The notes beneath the pieces are model-generated. The model had not been told where the DNA came from. It saw nothing but the letters and a program-made list of their open reading frames with translations, and made no database searches. Source: Octopus sinensis (lineage: Eukaryota). Taken from it: 53,373 nt of DNA. Made by a program: the position numbers and the translations under genes. Every line of letters starts with the position of its first letter. Positions within the stretch are counted from its first letter, which is position 1. The stretch is from NCBI RefSeq assembly GCF_006345805.1, contig NW_021831728.1, forward strand, positions 1 through 53,373, in the 5' to 3' direction. Positions 13,774 through 27,330 of this stretch are shown here, piece after piece.

Positions 13774-14361
13774 TGGCTTGTATCTGGACCCGAGTGCTGC
13801 AATACCCATGGCACCTAATTTAAGATGACATTGACCATCTGTTAATTCCTTAAATAAAGAACAGAACATACAGCGTCTATGAAGACGTTATCCGCCATTG
13901 CGTGTATAACCGCCCTTGGTTCTCTAATACAAACTTTTTGCTTCAAAGCAATTTAGATTAAAATTTCATGTTGATTTATAATCTAAACACTAGCTTAAAA
14001 ATGACAAGGTTATTTTAATAAATTCTTCATTCTTTTCAAAATTAATTAAAACAAAGGTAGCGTGATTTAATGGAAATATAATAACAAAAGGGCTGATGCA
14101 TTATATTCGGTTCAGTCCATACACCCTGATAGTTATCGGTCACGTGCTCTCTGATACACTCCTTTAATAATTTGCTTCACACACACTTTAGCACACTTCT
14201 ATAAAAAAACCTCACCTCGTGTACACTGTTGCACGTTTCTATAAACTCCTGTCTCGTGCACACAATAGCCACACCCCAGTCTTGTATTTACTAAAAAAAA
14301 ATGAAGAAATAAAGAAATAAAGAAATAATCTGGTAGAAAAAAAAGATAGTGTGACAAAATA

Positions 14362-14636
14362 AATTTGGTAGACGGAAACTGAAAGAAGCCGGTCGTATAT
14401 ATGTATGTATATATGTGTGTGTGTGTTTGTGTGTCTGTGTTTGTCTCCCTAGCATTGCTTGACAACCGATGCTGGTGTGTTTACGTCGCCGTCACTTAGC
14501 GGTTCGGCAAAAGAGCCCGATAGAATAAGTACTAGGCTTACAAGTCCTGGGGTCGATTTGCTCGACTAAAGGCGGTGCTCCAGCATGGCCGCAGTCAAAT
14601 GACTGAAACAGGTAAAAAGAAAGAGTAAAAGAGTAA
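14362..14636 (+). mobile_element. 5'-truncated SINE-B
   Basis: tttggtagacggaaactgaaagaagcc, internal microsatellite, ggcggtgctccagcatggccgcagtcaaatgactgaaac, and (aaagagt)n tail. Confidence 0.9.
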
Positions 14637-14848
14637 TACCTCACAGTTTTCAGTTACGTTCCTTTACAATATGAGTTCAAATCCTACCGGTGATGACTTC
14701 ATCACATACCATCGTTCAAGGGACGGGGTTGAAGAAATATGCGACAGTCAAATACGGGAGGACAATGTGGGGACAATATGTCCACTAACAAAATTTGTGA
14801 CTTTGTAACGGTTGGAATTTCGGAAGTAGAAACTGTATGGAAGCCCGT

Positions 14849-14956
14849 GACACACACACACACACACATACACACACGCGCGCACACACACACATACACA
14901 CACACACGCACACACATATACACGCACGCACACACGCATATACATGCACACACACA

Positions 14957-14987
<31 letters not shown>

Positions 14988-15025
14988 GCACGCACACGCA
15001 CACACGCGCGCGCGCTTGCACACAA
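14849..15025. repeat. Imperfect (CA)n array
   Basis: Seen directly. Confidence 0.95.
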
Positions 15026-15289
15026 TTATACACTTCTGGCTTCATGGCAATTTACTTCGCTTACAGAGGTACTGTCCTCAAAGTAGAAGTGGGAATCTCG
15101 GGGAAATACAAATTTTGATTACATGTTTATTATTATATTCATTTTAATGCTTCTCAATTCTTTAGAAAAGAAATAATTAAAAGTTTAGTTTACCTTTCAT
15201 AAATTTTATTTTCATTTTAATATTTTTAATCAACTGAATCGCTACAATGAATGTAAATATATTTTTTCGACTATTCAATAACATTTTCT

Positions 15290-15516
15290 TAAAGTGATAG
15301 TTATGTTGTCAACATAATGTGACAGTCCCGTGAAAGGGAAAATGCTTACTGCTATTTAGCCCTAGAAAACACCATTTCCTGTTGGACTTTACACATTTCC
15401 TGTGTCCTTATATTTTCAAAGTGGAGACAAGCACCTCCACCCAGCAAAGCCAGCATCCAGAGACTTTTCAGACTTATTGCTCATCATCCGTCTGGAGTAG
15501 CATGGCTTGCTAGCTG
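15290..15516. repeat. Host repeat copy interrupted by the L1/Tx1 element (continues at 17818-17846)
   Basis: 15290-15447 matches 17951-18106 directly; 15395-15516 plus 17835-17846 match 18717-18845 in inverted orientation. Confidence 0.85.
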
Positions 15517-17817
15517 AATTTTTTATTAGGACAATTAATGTCATACACAGAGGTACGATACAGGACAATACAAACAAAACAAAAAAAAGATATTATAATG
15601 AGTTCCCATGATGCTTTGTTTTTTTAAAAATTTTTATGAAATGATTAGATTTAATTTATAGTCTTTTTCCGTTTGGGGAGGTGATTATGCCCGGTTGCCT
15701 CAAAGGCCCAGCGACTACCCCTTTCTTTTTTTTTCCAATGCAGATTAAGTAGGGTTACATTGCACCCACCTTTCTTAACACAGCCTTCTATCTTTCCTCA
15801 AACATACTTCGCGACAGGATCCTCTTCTCCAGCCTTATCTTGCTCTTCAGATGATATTTGAAGAATTGTAGCAAACCAGGGCCAGAGATGAAGGATCCCG
15901 TCACGAGTCCTTGCATTCTAGTCTTCCGCACACATTCTTTCAGCAACTGTACAGAAAAAAAAACAGACCTCACCTTCCTTTGAGAGTCCAGTTGGCAGTA
16001 CAACCGTCTTGTGATTAAGCACGGGTGCCTGTCGACACTCCTTTTGCCATTCAGTCAGATCACGTCTTTTAATGAAACCGGGCTTAAATCATTCCAAAGA
16101 AGCTAATCGCGGAAAGAATTCTTCTGCCAGTGGATTCCACACCTTATCACCTTCCAGCTAACGCCAGAGATGCCTCAGCCTCAACGCACGTCTGTGTATC
16201 ATTAGCCAGGCCATCTCCAACCCACTCTTTAGCGGTTTCTGGCAGCAAACTGAGCACCTCGCAAGCGGCTTTCCCCCTTCCACAAAAAGCGGGAAAGGTG
16301 ATATTCCAACTTGTTTAGCCACGAATCGGGGCAAGGGACAACGGCCAGGCGGTAGGTGATTACAGATGCAATAAACACCTATACCACCTCCGCCCTTCCT
16401 TTCAAGGACAGAGCCCTTCCTGACCAAGTCCGTACTGGAGCCTCTACCTTGTCTGCCACCTCGCTCCAATTCTTCTCCGTCCGGGAGTCCGATCCAAACC
16501 AAACTCCAAGCAACTTAACAGGACCATCTGTCCAGTGACCCACGACACTGAATGATATCGACTTGCTCCTCCAGTGGATTTGTCCTTGTTAACTTTGCCC
16601 CTGCCACCTTTGATAGCGTCCTCTACACACTTCCTGTCCATAGATCTATCGTCCCTGTTCGTCAGTTAGAAACTTCATAGAGGCTTTTTTTGCCCCTTCT
16701 GACTTTCCACACGACTTGTCCATCCGGCCATGTTGACACCTCCCCTCCCCCCACTGCACGTAACTTAGCTCTAACTCTGCTGCCTTCGTGTTTGGCTTTG
16801 AGCTGACGTTACAAGGCCGTTCTCGCCGCCTGCACTCTAGAAACCGAGCCAGAGTCCAGGCCTCGCCTAAATTCTTAACTAATTCCCTTTCTACTCTAGT
16901 TCTATCTAAACTTAGCTGATTGCTAAATCTAATAGACTCTAAACGAATGGCTCTCTTGAGGGCGTACCACCGTCTATTATTAATGATGGCACCACATAGT
17001 GCCCTCTGTACTAACTCCTTAATCAAGGCACAGAAGTCTTTACAAGTCAAAATAGACTTGTTCATCTTCCAGTACCCGGGTCCCTGTCTATGATATTTAT
17101 CTACGCGTACCTCAAACGTCACAAATTTGTGGTCCGTGTTGAGTAGACACTGCCTTGGCTACGCTAGCCGACTCGAAATGTGCCTCAATTGTGGAACTTC
17201 TTGCTCCTTGGCTAACGTAGCGTACTTTGTTCCACACTGGTGCCATACACTTCTCCACCTCTTCATTCTTTTCCTCCATTATCCGTTTTTCTTTATGTTG
17301 TAAACTTTATACACCACTGTTTTTGCCTTAATGGCTTGTACTGTCTCAGGGAGCGGCAACAATTTCCTATCCGCTCCACTCTTTTTAATTAAATTTTTAA
17401 ACTTGAACAACTGCTCCATGGTCAATTCTAGTTCTGTAACTTTGCCGCCCACTGCAACTGAAAAACTTTGTTTTGCCTTAGTGTCCTGTTGGTTCACGTT
17501 TGAAATTCTCTCTCATCTCGGGGACGTCTTTTTCTGATGAAAAGTCAAAATCCATCACAACAATTTTTTCAAATACTTGAAATAAAATTTTCACCAAAAA
17601 TAACCCGTAAAGAGTAAAAAATAACAGTTCACAATTTTTCAATAAAATTGACAGAAATTTTCTGCCCTGTAGGGCGAAAATTACTGTTTGTCAAACGACA
17701 ACAGTTCAAATCCAGATAACGTATAACACAAATAACACAAAAATAAGAAACAGACAGAAACGAACTTACATAAGAGGGTAGCAAAATGCAGAAAATAACG
17801 TGCCACAGATGAAAAGA
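15517..17817 (-). mobile_element. Internally deleted non-autonomous L1/Tx1-clade retrotransposon
   Basis: ORF1-like start at 17555 (MDFDFSSEKD.., frameshifted). End of the APE domain and linker: NTDHKFVTFEVRVDKYHRQGPGYWKMNKSIL. Post-RT segment GKVNKDKS. C-terminus FFKYHLKSKIRLEKRILSRSMFEER*. A-rich 3' end (aataaaaaa). Degenerate 17 bp TSD gcatggcttgctagctg (15500-15516) / gcgtggcttgctaactg (17818-17834). Confidence 0.87.
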
Positions 17818-17950
17818 GCGTGGCTTGCTAACTGCCGATGCCTATCGGCCTTTGAAAACATATTTCAAGTGAAATACATCCACTGATTTTTGAGAATAGA
17901 AATAATTCATTTCTAAATCTCTCAGAGAGATTTATGCAGTAGCACACGAT

Positions 17951-18106
17951 AAAGTGATAGTATGTTGTCAGCTTAATGTGACAGTCTCATGAAAGGGAAG
18001 AATGCTACTGTTATTTAGCCCTAGGAAACACTGTTTCCTGTTGGACTTGACACATTTCCTGTGTCCTTATGTTTTCAAAGTGAAAACAAGAACCTCTACC
18101 CAGCAA
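17951..18106. repeat. Second direct copy of the host repeat
   Basis: Aligns by eye with 15290-15447. Confidence 0.85.
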
Positions 18107-18639
18107 CATTTGCTTTAGTCCAAATTTATTAAAATACACATAATTCACGTATGCAAAGGTTACCCATCTTGCCATCTTCTAACATTAAAACATGCATGAA
18201 CGCCACAACTTAATACGCTTTCTTTCACATTGGATCTGAAGTTTTTTTTTTTTTCAATCTGGTCAAAATGAAATCAATATTAAGGACACGTTAGTTGTAA
18301 CGAGAGACATCTGGTGTCGGAAACGCTACCAACAAGCCCAGTCCCAAAACTCTATTTATATCTCTTTGTAAATACTTTTCAATTAAGTTTTGTCGTTTAT
18401 ACGATTAATAAATGAAACAAAAACATACACAAATATCATAACGTATTATAATTAGTCTGGGCAAACACGCTATACACAGATGCATACACACACGGCGTGA
18501 GGGAGAGAGAGGGTGGGGAGAGGATTAAGGTTGCAACCTAGAACTTTTCCGTAAACATCTGATTTCCTAATCTTACGGTTTAAGTGGTAAAAAACAGTAG
18601 ATATAGATAAGGACGATGAATCGATAAGATATTGGGAGA

Positions 18640-18945
18640 GTTCCTACGTGGGCTCCCGACCTGCTAAAATTAGCAGCCAAATTTTTCTCAAGTCAGACGC
18701 TACCGCCTTGGGAAAGGATAGGCATCGACAGCTAGCAAGCCATGCTACTCCAAACCGATAATGAGCAATGACTCTGAAACTAATCTCTAATCTTTGCTGG
18801 ATGGAGGTGCTTGTCTCCACTTTGAAAGCTTAAGGACAAGGAAAATATTGGATAACATGATTTTAGATATACTTCTAAAAAGAAAGGATGGTCACAGAAG
18901 AAATGTCTGCTTAGTCAGGACTACTGAGGGTTAACATAACAACGA
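18640..18945 (+). mobile_element. SINE-D-like element containing the uninterrupted (empty-site) copy of the host repeat at 18717-18845
   Basis: tgctaaaattagcagccaaa motif recurs near 34100, 41900 and 43850. Its reverse complement gcatggcttgctagctgtcgatgcctatc spans the L1 insertion point. Confidence 0.65.
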
Positions 18946-19629
18946 TTGTGTCTCATGTATCCTCTCCTACTGAAGTATTTTCAAGAAGAGTGGACTATAG
19001 AATCAACGACAATATAGAATAACAGAATATTTATAAAACAGCACATTTCTAAAGAGCATCAGTTAATCCAGACAGAAACGTCTTCTTCTGTACGTCTCCT
19101 TTAATAATCCCAATGACCATATTTTGGAATCACTGCTTTGCATTATTTCGTTTCGTCGAAGCGGCACGCTCACAGAACATTACAGCGCTAGACAAAATAC
19201 TTAGCTGCATTTCTTCCGGCTCCTGGCCAAGTGCCAGGGGGTAGCGTAAAAACAGGTAATAGATAAACCCTAAAACCTGAGAACTGGTATGATCCGTCTA
19301 ACAAGCTTCAACATAGTTTTTGTCAACCAAATTTCACTCACACGGAATTGGTCGATTTGGGGTTATCACAGAAGATGCATGCCGGTAGTAGTAGAGTGGA
19401 ATCGAACCCGCGACCACGAATTCCACGTGTAGAGCTATATTACAATTGTGTGAATTTAAACTCCAGTATCTAATTATTTACTTTTTATCATTTGTTCTTT
19501 GACAGTATCCCACGAGAGATAATACGTGATAGTCGATTAGTTCGACTTTAGGAGACTTTAATCAGTTAAGAATTTTAGGTGAGTTGACTGGGAAATGGAT
19601 GACGATCATGCCTTTCCCAAGAACATTGA

Positions 19630-20061
19630 TTTCAAATTTTGGCACAAGGCCAGAAAGTTCGGTGGGCGGAGGGAAATCGATTATATCGATCCCCAGTGCT
19701 CAAATGGTACTTATTTTAACGACCTCGAGAAGATGAAAGGCAATGTTGACCTCAGCGGAACTTGACGGACGAAATGATTCTAAACATTTTGCCCGGCGTG
19801 CTGACCGTTCTGCTGGCTGATCGCCTTGTCTTTCACAAAGAGTATTTTTTTCCTACTGTAGACACAAGGTATGAAATTGTTGGGGTGGGAACTAGTCGAT
19901 TACATCGATCCCAGAGCGTAACTGGTACTTAATCTGTCGACCCCGAAAGGATTAAAAGCAAAGTCGACCTTGGCGGAATTTGAACTCAGAATGTAGCGGC
20001 AGACGAAATACCGCTGGGCATTTTGTCCAGCATGCTAACGATTCGGCCAGCTCGCCGCCTT
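19630..20061 (-). mobile_element. Two SINE-A copies; the second (19847-20061) has a 16 bp TSD
   Basis: TSD tttcacaaag(a/t)gtatt at 19831-19846 and 20062-20077. Confidence 0.88.
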
Positions 20062-20267
20062 TTTCACAAAGTGTATTAATAACAAGAATGATGTGAAACA
20101 ATCCAAAATCGAAACTAGACCCCAGCTTAAGCCCATGAAAATCATATTGTCAGTGTATGGCACCCTGTTTCTATTTTAAAAAATTAAATGAGTTAGGCAG
20201 CTTGTTCAGAGACAACCACATCGGGACATCTGAAAGCGACAATCTCTCTCCTTCCTCTCTCTCTCTC

Positions 20268-20312
<45 letters not shown>

Positions 20313-20349
20313 CCTATTTTATCTACAAATATATCTATAGGAGTCAACT

Positions 20350-20560
20350 ATATATATGAGTCAACCATATATATAATTATACAGAAAGCAAAAAACAAAA
20401 GACAGAGACAGGTGAGGTAAGTACGAGCCAGGTGTATTAGTTTAACGGTCAGGGAAAATGGAAGACGTCTTTGATGTTTCGAGCCTACGGTCTTGTACGA
20501 AAGGCATGAAAAGAGAAAACAGATAGAGGGGAAAATGGAGTGAGAAGAAAAAAAAAACGT
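20350..20560 (-). mobile_element. Solo Penelope-like terminal repeat with a decayed hammerhead-like motif
   Basis: Reverse complement cctttcgtacaagaccgtaggctcgaaacatcaaagac...cacctgtctctgtcttttgttttttg is homologous to 49485-49643 and 50360-50572; (TA)n-flanked. Confidence 0.8.
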
Positions 20561-20669
20561 GCCTGTGTTTAATGGTTGCAGATGTTGAATATATGTATGT
20601 GTGTATGAGACACACATACAAATAAGCAAATGATAGATAGGTATGCATAGGTATGAATATATATTTACA

Positions 20670-21307
<638 letters not shown>

Positions 21308-21937
21308 CATCATATTGCGAATGTTAAATATGTATAGGTGTATATATTATACAGTAAATAGCCATCATCTGATGTAGAACTCCATAAAAAATGTACAGTG
21401 GAGACTCGTTCTTTATAGCTGTTGCTGGTATGTATGAATGTATGTTTATTTGTAGATATGTATGTATGTATGTTTGTTTGTACGTATGTATTATCTGTGT
21501 CTGTATGCATGAATGCGTATGTATGTATGTATGTATGTATGTGCATATATGTATGTCCTTATAGCAACTAGCAGAAAACCGTGTCAGATGACTGTTTATG
21601 CTAGAATGCCTAATATCTTTGATAAATTACTTTTATACTCTAATTTAACGGCAACCGTTTATTTTTCCTTCTATACTTAAACTCAGGTATATAAATCAGC
21701 CTTAGGATCCTGTTAAGATATATATATATATATATAATATATATATAATATATATTATAATATGTAATTATATATATATATATATCAGAAAAGATACATA
21801 ATGATTAAAATACACACACACACACGCGCACACACACCACACACATATTTATGTATATATATTTTTAACTTATATATCTAGCAGGCTGGTGCTTCGTGTA
21901 CTTCCATATTATAAATATAATTTTTATTATATAGCAA

Positions 21938-21983
<46 letters not shown>

Positions 21984-22199
21984 TATATATTTCCATACAT
22001 AAACACACGCACACACTCATACACGCACACACGCACACACACACACATATATATATATATTATATATACCCTATATTTTAAAATTCTCGAATCATTTTGG
22101 TTTACATATAACGTTTGAAAATTAATCGTAAAATTTAGATAAAATATGTAAGTGCTAAACTTAATTCAATTTTGAAAATTTAACCAGGTAACACCAGGA

Positions 22200-22210
22200 T
22201 GATATATATA

Positions 22211-22245
<35 letters not shown>

Positions 22246-22955
22246 CTACGTATGTACGTATGTATGTATGTATGTATGCATGTATGCATGTATGTATGTA
22301 TGTATGTATGCATGCATGTATGTATGTATGTATGTATGCATGTATGCATGTATGTATGTATGTATGCATGCATGCATGTATGTATGTACGTATATATGTA
22401 TGTATGCATGCATGCATGTATGTATGTATATATGTATGTATGCATGCATGCATGAATGTATGTACGTATGTATGTATGTATGTATGTATGAATGTATGTA
22501 CGTGTGTGTATGTATTCATGAATGCATGTATGTATACATGTATGTATGTATGTATGCATGCATGTATGTATGTATGTATATATGTATGTATGCATGTATA
22601 TATGTATGTATGTATGCATGTATGTATGTATGTATATATGTATGTATGCATGTATGTATGTATGTATGTATGCATGTATGTATGTATGTATGTATGTGTG
22701 TATGTATGTATGTATGTATGTGTGTGTGTATGTATGTATGTATGTATGTATGTATGTATATATGTATGTATGCATGTATATATGTATGTATGTATGCATG
22801 TATGTATGTATATATGTATGTATGCATGTATGTATGTATGTATGTATGCATGCATGTATGTATGTATGTATGTATGTATTGTATGTATGTATGTGTATGT
22901 ATGTAATGTATGTATGCATGCATGTATGTATGTATGTATGTATGTATGTATATAT
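22200..22955. repeat. About 750 bp imperfect (TATG)n/(CATG) array
   Basis: Seen directly; gives the 229-284 aa MYVC/HTYI ORFs. Confidence 0.97.
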
Positions 22956-23644
22956 ACTCTGTACTCTTCCCGTGTGATTCGTCATGTCAGCTTTGAGAAG
23001 CTTTAACATGTCCATTATTCTCCGTCTGGTGATAGTCCTGACTTTCTGATACTCGCCTATCTAAGAGAATCGTTAATACTGTCAGATGACGCCTCTTACA
23101 CATCGTCACCTCACCGTTTCTCATGGGTGAATCATTCTGTCTACAAAAGCGCTTTGGTTTCCTTTTTTTTTCTCCCTTATATTTCTCAATTAGCCAGACT
23201 GCAGACGTATCAGTATCGATTGTTTAGCATTGACCTTTTGCTTGGAGATCGATACAAAGCGAGAGTCATAGTTCTCTCTTTGATGTTGGTATATTTATCC
23301 ACAGTGTGCTACAGTTACTCATTAAACCCAGGAAAACTGGAACAAAAGCAAACCTAACACTTAAAGGATTTATAATTGTAACTACGACCTCTTCACTAAG
23401 ATTCTTAGTAGTTGCATTGGCTACGTTTATGATCTTTCGCATAATAGTTATTGCTGTAGCCGCTGCCGCCACCACCACCGCCACCGCTGCGGCTGCTGCG
23501 CTTCTAGCAGTAGACACGCGCGCGCGTATTTCAGCGTTTTTTTTTTTATTTATTGAACTTTTTATTTATTTTTTTACGCTTGCTAGCATTAATGTCGTCC
23601 ATTTTCAGCAATTATTATCTGCTATCTTTAATTTACTTTAAAAT

Positions 23645-24370
23645 CACATTACATACATAATACATACATACATACTAACATACGTACATATATATATATA
23701 CATACATACATATTTCCAGGTATTCAGGCATACAGACACAGATGCATACCCAAGCACACATATACATACATTAATACATACAAACACATATGTATACATA
23801 CAAACATACATACATACATACGTACATACATACATACAAACATACATGCATACATACATACATACATACATACAAATATACATACATGCATACATACATA
23901 CATACATATATACATACATACATACATACATACGTACATACATATATACATACAAACATACATACATGCATACATACATACGTACATACATACATACGTA
24001 CATACATACGTACGTACGTACATAAATACATTTTCTATATAAATTCTTAAAATGGCTCAGCGACTTTTCAAGAACCCTTGGAAAATATCCGAAATCGGTC
24101 AAAACTATCGTTCCATTTTTAAATAACACACACATATACGCCTACACACATATATACATACAGATATGCACATATATATACATAAATACATACATACACA
24201 TATGCGCACCAATATAATTCTCCAGAATTAAACGTTCGTGTGTGTGTGTATGTGTGTGTGAACGCCCTATGTATGTATGCATACATGTATGTATGTATGT
24301 ATGTATGTATTTATGTATGTATGTATGTATGTATGTATGTATGTATGTATGTATTTATGTATGTATGTAG
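23645..24370. repeat. (ATAC)n and (TATG)n arrays
   Basis: Seen directly at about 23645-24025 and 24265-24370. Confidence 0.9.
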
Positions 24371-24427
24371 ACTGTTGGCGTCATAACAATTTAGAAACTT
24401 CGACAACGTAAAATAATTCTTTCTGGG

Positions 24428-24549
24428 AACGGTGAATCTCGAAACAGATAAAGCTATAAATAATAGCTTGTAACTGTTAGGAAGCCGAAGTCGGGCTGCA
24501 AGCGTTTTTACACAGTTTTATAGCTTTATGTACTTCGTGATTCACCGTT
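24428..24549. repeat. Small foldback element with 33 bp inverted arms
   Basis: 24428-24460 versus the reverse complement of 24517-24549 match at 29 of 33 positions. Confidence 0.85.
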
Positions 24550-25126
24550 GCAAAAAGAAAGTAAACAATTCATGCAGTTGAAACGCCTCTCCTCATCTGT
24601 ACCAAAGAAGGCCAAAGTTGTTTCTTCCGCAGTTTTTAGGGATTCAAAAGGCATTGCGTTTATTGACTACCTTCAAAAGGGCCACACCATCAATAGAGAG
24701 TCATGGAAGGCGATCAAAGCCAAACACCCAGGAAAAGTGATGAAAGGGGCTTTGTTTCTTCAGGACAATGCTCCAGCAAACAAGTCCTTGATTTCACTGG
24801 CTCCTGGGTGTGACTGTGGCTTTGAACTAGTTGATCACCTTCCCTGTTCTCCTGATTTGCCTCCATATGACTATCATCTGTTCCCCAGCAAGAAAAAATA
24901 CTTGGCTAAGAACTTGTATCGCAGTGATGATGGCGTCATATCTGCTGTTGATGACTGTTTTTACTAACAGGATGAAAGCTTTTTCGCCAGTGCAATCCAA
25001 GCACTTTAATACCGTTGGAAGAGGTGTGTGGACCGCAAGAGGGACTATGTTGAAAAATAAACTTCATTTTCTCACATTTCATGAGACTATCTTGCTCAAC
25101 GCATGAACTTTCAACAGGCCCTCGTA
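24550..25126 (+). pseudogene. 5'-truncated mariner (DD34D) transposase with right TIR
   Basis: PKKAKV..DSKGIAFIDYLQKGHTIN..FLQDNAP..CSPDLPPYDYHLFP (YSPDLAP motif)..RWKRCVDRKGDYVEK*; TIR gaactttcaacaggccctcg+TA at 25105-25126. Confidence 0.93.
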
Positions 25127-25662
25127 ATTTTTTATGAAACGTAACTACGGAAACCTTCGTTAATTCCAAAATGTTGAACTGCCGCGGAACACTGCTCAGA
25201 ATGCATTATTTAAATTGTCTTCTTCTTCCTTTTTCATTTAATACACCAGAATGTGTTATCTGAGGAATGCTTATCTGCTATTTCAAATAGGTTGCATAAA
25301 CACGCATAGGCTTCCCATACAGACTCCACTCCAGTTTGTTTTTGTCATTGTTGATTTTATTAATCCGGTATAACCTTAGACGTTTCAAATGGAGGTATTT
25401 TGCTAGCCACAGCTAGAGTTTGAGGAATATACGATCAAATGTTTTATTTAGTGTCATGCATCTGTTGTTTACTTATAGCGGGAGAATATACACGACCTAT
25501 GCGGCGGTCATCAATCGTCCAGTCTTTGTATTCCACCCACCTGAAATCACTCACAATATGTTTGTTTTACTCCCGGAGCAATAAAGAAGTTTTCTTTTCC
25601 ATTTAGTTTTTATTTCATCGTGTATTCTCGAGTGTATACCTTTTAGTATTTCTGTAGCTTTT

Positions 25663-27330
25663 AAGGTAGCGAGTTGGCAGATACGTTAGCACGCCGGGTA
25701 AAATGCTTAGAAACAATTCGTCCGTCATTACGTTCTGAGTTTAAATTCCGCCGAGATTCACTGTTCCTTTTATCCTTTCTATGTAGATAAAATAAGTACC
25801 ATTTGAACACAGGGGTCGATGTAATCGACTTTACTGCCCTATGCTAAAAATTAAACCAATATTTCTGCAGCCATTAAGGCGGCAAGCTGGCAGAATCGTT
25901 AGCACACCACAAATTCCGGCGAGGTCAACTTTGCCTTTCATCTTTTCGAGGTCAATAAATTAAGTACTAGTTACGCAACGGGGTCGGTAAAATCGACTTA
26001 ATCCCTTTGTCTGTCCTTGTTTGTTCCCTCTATGTTTAGCCCCTTGTGGGCAATAAAGAAATAAGAATAGTTAGCACACCAGGCAAAATGATTAGCGACT
26101 TTGACCTTTATCATTTCGGGGTCGATAAAATAAGTACCAGTAGAGCATTAGTGTTGATGTAATCGGTTTGTCCCTCCCACCAAATTTCAGACCTTTTGCC
26201 TATAATAGAAAGAATTATTTCCACAGCCATTAGGAGAGTGGGTTGCAGAATCGCTAGCGCGTCGGATATAATGCTTTGTGATATTTCTTACAGCTGTTTG
26301 CATCTTGAGTTCAAATTCCACCAAGATCAACATTGATTTTCTTTTCTCAGAGTTAATAAAATAAAGTTTTAGTTAAGTACTACTGTCGATAAAATAAGGT
26401 ACCAGTTAAATACTGGAGTCGATAAAATAAGATATCATTCTATTACTGGGCTCGATATAATCGACTTACCACTCACCTCTAATTCAGGCCTTGTGCCTAT
26501 GTTAGAAATTGAGTCCCGGTCAGGTACTGGAATTGATTTCATCGACAAAACCCTCAGCTCAGTATTTTTGGCCCTATGCTTAAATTGAACTTTTCTGCAG
26601 CTATTTTTATTTTTATGTTGCTTTTTAATTGTCATTTTTTTTTCTGTTTTCATCCTTATTTCTTCCTAAAACCTTGGCATGGGTTTTGTGGGTAGGGGAC
26701 AGTCGATTAGATAATTTGACTGATAACTTATTTCATCGAAGGATGAAAAGCAAAGTTGACCTCGGCAGGAATGGAAATGTTCTAGCTGACAGTTAAGTGG
26801 GGTAACACGTGCTAAGGAGTGCCACCTCATGTTTGAGATCTCCCACATAGAAAGGTGTGTGAGAAAATAATTAAAGAAATAAAATATTTTATTAAGGAGA
26901 CAAAAATCCATTTGGCCTGAGGCGCCAACAATCTTAGGGCAGACCCTGGTTCGGAAGAAATTGCTTGATGTTTCTTACAGACCTTAACGTTCATCTTAAG
27001 TCATTATTATTAGCTAAACCTTTAGTCCAAAAACTGCCGTGGTCAGCTTTACCTTTCATCCAAGTAGAGTCGATAAAATATATTTTTAGCCTAGTACTGG
27101 ATTCGGGTCGATTATATCAACACCTACTCCTAGAAAAATGCTGATCTTGTGCTTAAATGGCGATCTTGTCCCAAACTAGTGAGCTGGCAGAACCATTACA
27201 GTGTCAGAAAAATACCTTGTGATATTCATTCCGGTTCTTTAGTTTTGAGTTCAACTCCCGCTGGAAGTTGAACCCTAGTACTAGAGCAGATTTAATCGAC
27301 TACTCGCTCCTTTAAAAACTACTGGTCTTG
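25663..27330. mobile_element. Cluster of about 8-10 SINE-A copies and fragments
   Basis: Repeated head (ggcgag.tggcaga) and body (gtcgataaaataagtacc) motifs, mostly on +. Count approximate. Confidence 0.8.

Noticed and set aside
13930-14095. Possible TTAA-type (piggyBac-like) MITE
   Set aside because: Resemblance is from memory only; termini are degraded and no TTAA TSD or second copy is visible.
15290-18106. Approximately 150 bp direct repeats flanking the 2.3 kb element, read as LTRs
   Set aside because: No TG..CA termini, PBS or PPT; the internal sequence is L1/Tx1-like with its own TSD inside the repeat.
22161-23015. Long ORFs (229-284 aa) and the many similar IYIY/MYVC/HTHT/LLLL ORFs across the window
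   Set aside because: They are translations of stop-free microsatellites, open in several frames on both strands.
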